From contig JAGVHI010000004.1 in assembly GCA_020056635.1 (NCBI GenBank), forward strand, positions 2,782 through 66,781: 64,000 bases of DNA, in the 5' to 3' direction. Each line of letters starts with the position of its first letter. Position 1 is the first letter of the stretch. The translations under genes were made by a program, and so were the position numbers. This document shows, in pieces, positions 34,501 to 40,667 of this stretch. Below the pieces are notes generated by a model, which had not been told where the DNA came from, did not search any database, and saw only the letters and a list, made by a program, of their open reading frames with translations. The stretch is from an archaeon (lineage in GTDB: Archaea > Micrarchaeota > Micrarchaeia > Anstonellales > Anstonellaceae).

Positions 34501-36040
34501 AAAGCAGGAGTTCGTGGCTGAGTACTGAATCCGGGGCAAGAGGCGGGATTGAAAGCTCGGTTGGGGAATCCTCGCCTATTTCAATCAGGAGGGACGACTG
34601 GGCGCTCTGCGCGGTCCCAAGGTTCGTAATTGTGAGAGGAAGGCTGAAGAGTTCGCCATATGGCTGCGGCTCGAGAAGCGAAGAGTCATCAACCAGCAGG
34701 CTCAGGTCCGGCGAGCCTGTGCATGATGGGGGGACCAAGAGTATGTTGCACACTTTGCTGCAGCATTCGGCTGGGGAGGAGCATGCGTTCCCTGCTGAGA
34801 GACATGAGTTGCACGTGCTTGTGGCAGGGTCGCAAACGCCCGAGCAGCAGTCCGCACTTGTGGAGCATGCGATTCCGTCTTCAATGCATTTTGAGCATTT
34901 GCCTTCAACACAGAGCAGGGAGGAGCAGCAGCCGTCATTGGAGGAGCAAGCGCTTCCTTCGATTGCGCAGCACGCCCGCATCGGCTTCACTCCGCTTGCG
35001 CACGAAAGCCCTTCGCAGCATGGCTCGGATCTCGAGCAGAGGCCGCCGCCCTTGGCGCACTTGCAAGGGAGCAAAATTTCGGATGAAATAGTGGAAAGCA
35101 AAGCGGGCTGCCTTGCAATCTGATTGGATGCTGCTGCAAGGTACGAAAGCTCGCTGCACTTGAATGGGAGGAGAATGTCCCTTGATTCTCCGCTTTTGAG
35201 CATTGGGACTGCCACAAGGAGCTCTTCTGTGCAATCGGCTTGCTGGCAATCCGAAGGGCTCCAAGTCAGCGTTGCGGAGGAAGGGGGGGATGGGCCAAGC
35301 CCGATATTGGTTGCTTGGAGGATGACCTGCGAATTTGGCTGCTCGCCCTGGCTTGGGGAAAGCGTGATTATCACTTCGGGGGGCTGGGAGCAGGAGAGCT
35401 TATTCCCGCTGCCTGTGCAGAGCAGCTCCCCGCAGCATTCCTGGCTGGTTTTGCAGGATTTGCCTTCGCCCCCGCACCCGCCGCAGAGCCCGTACCTGCA
35501 TTTTTGCGAATCGCAGCATTCCAAATTCGATTTGCATATCTCACCCTGCGAGTTGCACGAGCTTGGCGGGGAGAGGAGGATTTCCTCGCTTGGCGGGGTT
35601 TTTGAGGTTGGGGCGCCGGCCTGCTCAAGCGAGTAGGAGAACCGAAGGTCGATTGGAATTAGAGATGGGCCATAATCCGGAATATCTGCAGGGATTGAAA
35701 CCTTGGCTGCGGAGCCTGGCGAAAGAAATGCAGGGGAATCGAGCTTGATTTCCTGTGCTGTGCCCCCTTGCGCAGTGATTGAAACCTGCTCAAGCGAAAT
35801 CGCCTGCGTGCCGCTATTCTTAATGAGCAGAATTACGCCCCCCTGCACAAGCTTTGCGTCGGTCACAGCAAGCGGCTTTTGCGTTATCCAATAAAGTTTT
35901 GATTGCGCCTGCTTTATCGGGGAGGCCGAGGAAGCCGCCTGGTTTATGAGTGTGGCTGAGATGAGGGCAATCACCAAAACTGCGGAGAAGACAGCTAGGA
36001 ACTCGGAAGAAGACTGACCCCTCGATTCAGACCTCCCCAT
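28553..36040 (-). CDS. Giant surface protein (2,495 aa). Order: class III signal peptide, conserved N-domain, Cys modules, CARDB-like domains, heparinase II/III-like region, clan GH-A-like barrel, Cys-repeat stalk, G/S linker, C-terminal TM anchor and cytoplasmic tail.
   Basis: 'MGRSESRG|QSSSEFLAVFSAVLVIALISATLI'. 'SGHLHRDANSFSLYYLGDQVVDSGAYG...QRTIAHNTITV' is a heparinase II/III C-terminal hallmark. 'WYWAIGNEVDG' is a GH-A NE-type motif. There are three copies of 'C-[ST]-DG-x-[QL]-N-x(1,2)-E-[TA]-G-x-DCGG-x-C'. The TM segment is 'FALEVIVSLTLLSGLAAITLSSM'. Confidence 0.9.
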   Translation of the reverse strand: MGRSESRGQSSSEFLAVFSAVLVIALISATLINQAASSASPIKQAQSKLYWITQKPLAVTDAKLVQGGVILLIKNSGTQAISLEQVSITAQGGTAQEIKLDSPAFLSPGSAAKVSIPADIPDYGPSLIPIDLRFSYSLEQAGAPTSKTPPSEEILLSPPSSCNSQGEICKSNLECCDSQKCRYGLCGGCGGEGKSCKTSQECCGELLCTGSGNKLSCSQPPEVIITLSPSQGEQPNSQVILQATNIGLGPSPPSSATLTWSPSDCQQADCTEELLVAVPMLKSGESRDILLPFKCSELSYLAAASNQIARQPALLSTISSEILLPCKCAKGGGLCSRSEPCCEGLSCASGVKPMRACCAIEGSACSSNDGCCSSLLCVEGKCSKCIEDGIACSTSADCCSGVCDPATSTCNSCLSAGNACSSPAECCSKVCNILLVPPSCTGSPDLSLLVDDSSLLEPQPYGELFSLPLTITNLGTAQSAQSSLLIEIGEDSPTELSIPPLAPDSVLSHELLLSCRQEGRLDLQLSVDAANEQNETNESNNHWDGYADCLPPMPDLVATASEEEFYIPHELNSTFTFNLTTTNRGSANASESSTYATFDGQEVAHADAPMLASGESDIDELNLRCMHDGVLELVLEADARLEVNESDETNNLNTYYIQCGNVSSKFLIMNFQSPGHNISIREDHPRLYVTQEMIPVIRQKLDLGTPLLTDDFNVLKSEYENQTNGRATWACNMSSPNQANWVAVLLNTSNLSQANVCGEGYPTSYGGSWGSLIRIGTFLYWMTDNETYLNRSKFMLRELNTLLATYNATWNYWDDDPSTALSGKDDAEYFYTAWSSESGLAYDWLYNNLSSEERANFSTALARFSTYYHWRDFADESDANVFSHSFEVNSGWATALLALAYDPDLEAQNATLAELVLNQTDIAYARFLEFYRIYNYTGSDNGGWNWGTGYSFSGMPTHTSMAAKLTTATGTDWFAQNPWLQLRVINHNAYLLKPNDYKASWGDYDVYGPPPSLGQTAPSIISYYGNSPYNEYANWFISTHQNNFEQTYRWYNRLWELLWFDETANRRNYTELPLDWFSRNSGTLVSRTSWGNDSVWLTFSNNPKQRSGHLHRDANSFSLYYLGDQVVDSGAYGPAGGYGSPHWSNYYQRTIAHNTITVYDPNESFSDGEGNILLWNDSGIIRNVSNDGGQMMFPRIFTYDQLTNTPAYDAGSIPHYEANENYLYISGDATLSYNRSKLSNFTREIVFFKDGKPANLYSPYHAPPSNWSNLNVWNIVIFDRVNSTDPSFRKSFVMHFQDQPTIVGSLISSDVPGHIEVFNGTAFNGNYSNTTFIKSNYIGLAVQTVLPGPNGWNLTRIGGSGYEFWVDGRNYPNTSALGPDEHAGKWRIEISPTVPSTFDNFLNVLYVFNSSQVSSPAMFFERLSSADGTAKGVATRDYAAVFSTYGNELENVTLLPFTHVGATSILLADLRPSTAYYVRAESCGLPQDMLLDSSSQGTIYFPTRLCGTTLISASTRPPSEQAHETHSYEMLWGGKIAGQYGMRALYIGTVPQYGQVLNHSMNITFDSDSSASVSISAAGGASLCPPEPRRLAVDLDGAQQAVFDVNGSSYSYLNLTIPITAGSHTLRLRKASACTHGGHLISINSVLLSGNFSITPIASVDFSRGTKQVGLHYGYNGKDENYWTSPEILQHYRDVGTSYIRVRIHPFGAAFWPGPDPYINSYGARPESILYNTVPYNWSGSGQYNYTNLERDIRHVLLNLSATPYVNFEDSNGVGCPGEMMVTRVNHCGENYSVPTDFAQCAGYFADVTEHFYSLCTNGTWNFCGNFSDWYWAIGNEVDGKEGCSGHNHPNDWADFNQSDSRPENFINFFNTAYSAIKSRVPTAKVGGWDSAGIMADDSYPQLAQFLNRTNADFVSLHDYDNNTYYYGYVVPNWAYSKIRQFRPGNDTPLMAYSEYNFALCDTCIPPIMYVPEFNPLKGDYGAMWGASMLNWLARSNATHEMHFEGNSRGYNTPDPRYVADTSGYPGVYHDRGVKHMYGYGMWSASPLDNFSTTPMFGVRKLFSSLNPYGAQMAAAGSQDDLLEIFAVSSPHRAMTVINKRNVSVSPTITFNENIGGITKVTATGYEIIPHSGATFSPTLLPFEVGFFRLDGICPESWICSGWEEDCEGSGQLSRTCYDENSCGTASDRPTLYWACGSSSSCTDGMQNGDETGNDCGGSCITCPTCSDGVLNGQETGIDCGGSCAACPTCSDGVQNNGEAGVDCGGPCAACAPSGPGGGSGGSGSSGGGGGGRGGSGCTPNWECTLWGPCLQNRTQERLCTDLSSCGTEDGMPPLLSNCSLANQGSDPFGLITPPLGGNGSSGTIAWLFGKISEQALRILNPPISSPNLPAPLPQQQEVRIPQFALEVIVSLTLLSGLAAITLSSMRKKQEARKIKSQEEHLAEIKAYMRHSQELGFPREYTTDRLKEEGWDQHVIDEALEEIEKQQPPTQPNNE
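29225..29440 (-). repeat. Three tandem ~72-nt (24-aa) coding repeats inside the giant gene
   Basis: aa 2201-2272: 'CTDGMQNGDETGNDCGGSCITCPT / CSDGVLNGQETGIDCGGSCAACPT / CSDGVQNNGEAGVDCGGPCAACAP'. The DNA copies are visibly similar (e.g. gcatgagcctccgcaatc at about 29310 and about 29381). Confidence 0.85.
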
Positions 36041-36126
36041 TGGGGGAAGATAATGGATAGATTGTTTTTAATGCTATTCTCGATGGAACCGAGAGAAAAA
36101 TGTCTCGGGATCGACAATCTCCTGAA

Positions 36127-36200
36127 CGACAAAAAAACTATCGTTCAGTCGAAAAAAAACTATCGTTCAGTCGAAAAAAAACTATCGATGCCTCGAAAAC
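36127..36200. repeat. About 3.4 tandem copies of a 22-bp unit (tcgaaaaaaaactatcgttcag)
   Basis: Units at 36127-36148 (diverged 5' end), 36149-36170, 36171-36192 (diverged 3' end) and a partial unit at 36193-36200 that runs into the att-like repeat. Confidence 0.9.
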
Positions 36201-36347
36201 CAGGTGAGGGAATCGAGTGCTAGGAGGTTAGGTTTTTCTCTCTCTACCTCATAAAAGCCCTATTCTTTTGCCCTCTTTCGCCCTGCTAGGCTGCCAATTA
36301 GGGTGAAACTACCCCGAAGAATGGCTTATTTACTCCCTGAAATTCAT

Positions 36348-36686
36348 CTATATCCAGCTTTGTTGTTTGGTTTTCCGCTTTGCCTTGCGTTTCTTGGGTT
36401 TATAGACACCGAATTTTTTTTGTGCAGCCGCAAGTCCTAATTTATTCTTTAGTCTGTTGCAGCTTCGATGCGCCCACTTAACCGTCTTCCCACCTTTCGC
36501 AAATGCCCGCACATGGTCTAACTCCGCGGCATCAAATGAAGTTATGCGACGAAAGCAAATATGACACATGTGGGAGTATAACATCCAGAGTTTCAGCTTT
36601 AATGCGGGAGATATTGCCTTGCGCTTTTTCTTCTCTTTGGGTTTAAACGGATTCCGTTTGAACGGACTATTTATTTTCATAACCAT
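36348..36686 (-). CDS. HNH endonuclease-family protein with basic N- and C-terminal tails
   Basis: 'CHICFRRITSFDAAELDHVRAFAKGGKTVKWAHRSCNRLKNK' shows a C-x2-C ... D-H ... H-x2-C-N HNH/ββα-Me signature. Confidence 0.7.
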   Translation of the reverse strand: MVMKINSPFKRNPFKPKEKKKRKAISPALKLKLWMLYSHMCHICFRRITSFDAAELDHVRAFAKGGKTVKWAHRSCNRLKNKLGLAAAQKKFGVYKPKKRKAKRKTKQQSWI

Positions 36687-37545
36687 ACCAACCACCTCGA
36701 TTTACAGTAATACTACAATTACCAAGAATACTTTCATCTAAAAATATTTCAGAACGATCCATATAAAATTCGTTGCTCGGTACGCCTTTCTGAATGTGGA
36801 AATATATTCCTTGTTTTGCTTCATTAAGTGTATCTTCATATGATAAGGTTCTTTGCTTATTGCTCTCGATTTTAGCAGTTAAACATCCTTCTTCATCACA
36901 TGCATAGATAGAAAGTTCCTTGCCAATAAATATTTGACTTCCTGCCAAGCCTGTTCCACAACGAAAGATAATTAGTGCAGTACTGCGATTTGCCCCTCTA
37001 ATATCCATGATAATACTAACTTTTTTAGTGGATACCGTATTATTCATAAATTTTGAGAATGGTACTGTTTCATTTGCAGGTTTTGCAAGTTGTTTAGATA
37101 AACTTTCTCCTTGGAAAAAGAGAAGAAAGAGAAATTCACCTATTCCTAAAATTATTAATAATATGAATATAGATGCGCATACCCAATACATACCATCCCA
37201 AATCCAACTGGGCAAGCCAGCTTTGCGTTTGCCTTCTGTTAGGCATTTAACTTCATATAGAAGGTCTGCACGCGTATTTATTCCACCTATCAGAACCGCT
37301 ATAACGACCACAAATGGAAGAAAGAAAAAAGATATGATTGTTTTTAGCCATTTAGTATCTGATTTAAATTCTAAAAATTGGAGATTGTTATCTATTTTAG
37401 CTTTGACGCGCCTAAAAACATACTCCCGCGTAAAACTGCAACTCCCATCAGAATAATGTATTATGTCCTTGAAACCATACTTACCATCCAAGACTGAGAA
37501 TTTGACTGATGATGCGTGTGGAATTTGGTCTGAACGCTCCTTCAT
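36667..37545 (-). CDS. Membrane protein of unknown function (2-3 TM plus a C-terminal soluble domain) within the islet
   Basis: 292 aa with TM segments 'TIISFFFLPFVVVIAVLIGGI' and 'MYWVCASIFILLIILGIGEFLFLLFF'. GGGGTGGAG precedes the ATG, and codon usage is AT-rich. Confidence 0.55.
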   Translation of the reverse strand: MKERSDQIPHASSVKFSVLDGKYGFKDIIHYSDGSCSFTREYVFRRVKAKIDNNLQFLEFKSDTKWLKTIISFFFLPFVVVIAVLIGGINTRADLLYEVKCLTEGKRKAGLPSWIWDGMYWVCASIFILLIILGIGEFLFLLFFQGESLSKQLAKPANETVPFSKFMNNTVSTKKVSIIMDIRGANRSTALIIFRCGTGLAGSQIFIGKELSIYACDEEGCLTAKIESNKQRTLSYEDTLNEAKQGIYFHIQKGVPSNEFYMDRSEIFLDESILGNCSITVNRGGWYGYENK

Positions 37546-37733
37546 TACTCCACCCCATAAGGGTTAAACAAACAGGGCTTTATACGCCTTTCTCTAAGAC
37601 GTGCTAGGCTGCCTTATTTACTGAAAGACTATTTCAAAACAAAGACTAAAATATTGGTTTTATGGCTTTTACGTCGGTAAATCGGATAAACTGAACCTGG
37701 CGTTTTCTATTCTCCGACGTAAAAATAACTTTA

Positions 37734-37825
37734 AGCCAGGTGAGGGAATCGAACCCCCCTAAGCCGCTTTCCGCACTTGCAGATAAATGCTGCAGGCGGC
37801 TGCATAGCCTCTCTGCCAACCTGGC
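37734..37825 (-). tRNA. tRNA-Cys (anticodon GCA) with a 21-nt intron at the canonical 37/38 position
   Basis: Folded by hand. Acceptor GCCAGGT/ACCTGGC, discriminator U73 (a Cys identity element), anticodon stem GCCGC/GCGGC, loop CTGCAG^[intron]^A, T stem GGGGG/CCCTC with loop TTCGATT. The intron, catttatctgcaagtgcggaa, is at 37769-37789. Confidence 0.85.
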
Positions 37826-37879
37826 GAATAGAATAACTGATAAAAATTAGGGGAAACTAGGTTAAAAAGGGTTTAGCGC

Positions 37880-39055
37880 CTAGGCAGGTTTGCCGAAGAC
37901 CGCTCCATATCCGTGCTCCGTTGCAACAAATGATGCGGCTGCAACTACGAGCGCTGCGCGCTCGCCTGCGGCGACCATCCGCTCTTCTTGTTCGCATGTG
38001 GGATAGCCCTCTCCTGGAACTGGCCCGATTTTTATGTAAATTGCCCCAGTCTGCATTAGGGCGGAACTATTTTCCATATTGATTTTTGCACCTTCCAGGT
38101 TCAGCATGATGCCTTCCATTTCTGTTGATTTGCAGCCGTGGTCATCATGGAGGTGATGTATCAGATGCGTGGACATGTGCTCGGTATAGAGATAATCCTT
38201 TGAAACTGCATTTCCGATTTCGATCTTAGGGCTTGAGCTGCCACCCATAATAGCTTGGCCTGTCCGGAAAAGGGTATCGACCAAACTCGGAGTACTCCTT
38301 GTTTTTGCCCACGCAAATCCCCCTACATTAATGATTTTGAAACCGTCATCATAGGAGAGGAACTCGCGCACGAATTCCTCGAAGTGTGACTTGCCGGCAA
38401 GGCCCTTGAGTGCATCTGCAACCCGGGCGATTTTTGAATACAGCATCGTGCCAAGCGGCTTGTTCACCGCGCTTGCGATAGCATCGGCACGGGCAATATG
38501 ATTTTCGGCAACTACCAAGTCCCCAGACTCAAGCCAGGGGGCCGTAGGATCTGCGCTGTTTTTTCCAAGCAGGCCGCCTGACGTGCCCACCCGCACGATG
38601 ATTGTGCCATTATGCCCCAGTTTTTTCCCATTGAATGTGTATCCGGCCGTGCAGGAATAACCTGCGATTTCCCGGACGTATATTTGGGTGGGCGGAAACC
38701 CCATTTCAGTCGAGGCTAGGAGGATCGGCACTTGATAGCCGTTGAAAGAGTAGGTGCCTACGATAACTGGGACCCGTTCGCGGTCGTTTCGCCGCCCGGT
38801 GAGATTCGGAACTATTTCATCAAGGACGATGGCGTCTCTGAGAGCGAGGGCATCATAAGCGTCTTCCACACGGTTCCTTGAGCCAAAAATGATGGCAAAC
38901 GGCGGCCCGCCTGCAGGGCTGAAGTACCGCGCTATTCTGGAATCAGATTCCCACAATTTCTTGTTGAATATGGCGATAAGGGCAGTGTGCGGCCCGCGGA
39001 CATCGGAATTGGGCTGTTTTGTGTCGGTGCGGGTCCTAGAGATAATCATAAGCAT
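37880..39055 (-). CDS. Nucleoside phosphorylase-superfamily (PNP/UDP-type) protein, unusually long
   Basis: 'STEMGFPPTQIYVREI', 'IIVRVGTSGGL', 'SGDLVV' and 'STEMEGIML' parallel the conserved phosphate/ribose-binding motifs of PNP_UDP_1-family enzymes. Confidence 0.55.
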   Translation of the reverse strand: MLMIISRTRTDTKQPNSDVRGPHTALIAIFNKKLWESDSRIARYFSPAGGPPFAIIFGSRNRVEDAYDALALRDAIVLDEIVPNLTGRRNDRERVPVIVGTYSFNGYQVPILLASTEMGFPPTQIYVREIAGYSCTAGYTFNGKKLGHNGTIIVRVGTSGGLLGKNSADPTAPWLESGDLVVAENHIARADAIASAVNKPLGTMLYSKIARVADALKGLAGKSHFEEFVREFLSYDDGFKIINVGGFAWAKTRSTPSLVDTLFRTGQAIMGGSSSPKIEIGNAVSKDYLYTEHMSTHLIHHLHDDHGCKSTEMEGIMLNLEGAKINMENSSALMQTGAIYIKIGPVPGEGYPTCEQEERMVAAGERAALVVAAASFVATEHGYGAVFGKPA

Positions 39056-39163
39056 TCTCCTATCATGTTATACAAAGTGGAATTTAAAAAACCAGCCGAA
39101 GTTGGCTGAAATTAGGTATTGATATTTATAGTTTGGGAGTGAGTTCTAGGAACAGGTGGTAGG

Positions 39164-40234
39164 ATGGAAGTCGTTCCAGCAACCGTGCTTGATGCGTCAG
39201 AGCCTGTTTCCAAAGCCGCGTCCGAGATTACGAAGAACGGGACCCTCGTGATTGTGACAAAGGGGAAGAGGTACCACGGGATTATTGATGACAGGGCGCT
39301 TCGCAATTCGAGGAACGACACCTCGAAAACCAAGTGCGAGGCGCTCTGCGAGCGCGCGCCGTTCGTGAAGATAAATGACACGCTAGTTGAAATATGCAAG
39401 GCATTTTTTGCCGGGAGGTTCAGCGCGCTTCCCGTCGTGAGCGGGAATACCATAGAGGGCGTGATAACCCGGGCTGATGTGATAAAGCTGCTGCTTGCAG
39501 AAAAGCTGCTTGATGGGAAAAAGGTGTCCGAGGCAATGAGCTCCCCTGTGCTCACGATTGCGCACAATGCGGGGATGGGCACTGCGCGAAAGCTTATGAG
39601 GGAGAAGAACGTGCGGCGGCTCGTGGTGACCAAGAACGAGAGGCTTGCAGGGATAATATCGACTTTCGATTTGGCATCTATAGCGGCGCATGAGCGCGAT
39701 GTGAGGCCGTCGGGAATGAGCGAAAAGTACAGCGCAGAGAAGGAATGGGTGGAGCGGTTCATGCGAGATTCGATTGAAACCATCACGCCAGACGCGCCCC
39801 TAGGCGACGCGGCAAGGAAAATGCTGGACACGAAAGTTGCGTCCGTGGTCGTCGTAGGCGGGGGGAAGGCAGTCGGGATAATCACTGCAAAGGACCTGTT
39901 CGAAACTGCGCTGGTGCTAAAGGAGGCGGACAGGGTTTTCATTTCCGGCTTGCACGACTTGGAGAAGGAATATTACCACGAGGTGCACGAGGAGTGCGAG
40001 AAAACGCTTTCCAAGCTCTCGAAAATCGAGAGGATTGGCTCGCTTGCGCTGCATATCAAGAAATACGGGAACCAGTATGCCATACATGCGAGGCTGAATG
40101 CAAGGCAGCTCACAACCGCAAGCGCAAACGGGTTTGATTTGCACGCATGCGTCGCGCAGGTGCTGGAGGAATTAAAAACACAGGTGGAAAAAAGGAAACC
40201 TAACAAGATGCATGAAAGAGGGCATAGAAGATGA
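39164..40234 (+). CDS. Protein with four CBS domains and a C-terminal HPF/RaiA-like (ribosome hibernation factor-like) domain
   Basis: Four CBS-like units (e.g. 'GIIDDRALR', 'GVITRADVIKLL', 'GIISTFDLASI', 'GIITAKDLFE'). The C-terminus 'VFISGLHDLEKEYYHEVHEECEKTLSKLSK...ALHIKKYGNQYAIHARLNARQLTTASANGFDLHACVAQVLEELKTQVEKRK' follows the HPF/RaiA pattern. Confidence 0.7.
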   Translation: MEVVPATVLDASEPVSKAASEITKNGTLVIVTKGKRYHGIIDDRALRNSRNDTSKTKCEALCERAPFVKINDTLVEICKAFFAGRFSALPVVSGNTIEGVITRADVIKLLLAEKLLDGKKVSEAMSSPVLTIAHNAGMGTARKLMREKNVRRLVVTKNERLAGIISTFDLASIAAHERDVRPSGMSEKYSAEKEWVERFMRDSIETITPDAPLGDAARKMLDTKVASVVVVGGGKAVGIITAKDLFETALVLKEADRVFISGLHDLEKEYYHEVHEECEKTLSKLSKIERIGSLALHIKKYGNQYAIHARLNARQLTTASANGFDLHACVAQVLEELKTQVEKRKPNKMHERGHRR

Positions 40235-40647
40235 AAAAAGCCCAGGTGAGCGCGGAGCTCCTAATAATTGTCGGGTTCATCGCGCTTGTGATGGTCCCGG
40301 TCCTTTTCTCAATATATGTTCGGGGCGGGGAATACAAGGATAGGATAGGGGTATCGCAGGTTAACATTGCCGCGGGAAGGATTGCGCAGGCAGTGGATTC
40401 GGTAGGGTTCCTCGGGGGCAGGGCGAAAATCGTGCTTGAGGTGCAGATGCCAAAGGGCGTGAGCGCCAGGGCGCAAGGAAAGGAGATCCTTTTCTCATTT
40501 GAGAACTCGGGGCAGAGGAACGACATTGTGAAAACAACCCGGTTTGCGATGAGCGCTCCAGACCTTGATAGGCTCAATGCGACCGGGACTTATTTTGTTG
40601 AAGTGATGAATGAGGATGGGATTGTGTCGCTCGATGTAAGGGAGTAG
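40231..40647 (+). CDS. Small class III signal peptide (archaeal type IV pilin-like) protein
   Basis: 'MKKA|QVSAELLIIVGFIALVMVPVLF' has Q+1, E+5 and a hydrophobic helix (DUF361-type Q-x-S-x-E motif). ATGA overlap with the upstream CBS gene. Confidence 0.6.
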   Translation: MKKAQVSAELLIIVGFIALVMVPVLFSIYVRGGEYKDRIGVSQVNIAAGRIAQAVDSVGFLGGRAKIVLEVQMPKGVSARAQGKEILFSFENSGQRNDIVKTTRFAMSAPDLDRLNATGTYFVEVMNEDGIVSLDVRE

Positions 40648-40667
40648 GGGCTGCCCGGTTGCAGGCT

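Larger units (their letters stand above)
36200..37752. mobile_element. Small AT-rich integrated islet (or remnant) at the 3' end of tRNA-Cys, bounded by 17-bp direct repeats. No integrase is present.
   Basis: ccaggtgagggaatcga occurs at 36200-36216 and at 37736-37752. The latter is the tRNA-Cys 3' acceptor/T-arm. The interval is visibly more AT-rich than its flanks and carries an HNH gene plus a membrane-protein gene. Nested repeats tgctaggctgcc...cttatttact are at 36284-36334 and 37602-37622. Confidence 0.6.

Noticed and set aside
24527-36040. Possible diversity-generating retroelement target (the variable C-terminal domains of giant surface proteins in DPANN-type archaea are known DGR targets)
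   Set aside because: No reverse-transcriptase-like ORF is present in the window, and I saw no template/variable repeat pair with adenine-specific mismatches. This cannot be excluded genome-wide without a computational repeat search.
39112-39942. 276-aa minus-strand ORF antisense to the CBS-domain gene
   Set aside because: Its S/T/F-rich low-complexity translation contrasts with the clear CBS repeats on the plus strand. It is a shadow ORF.
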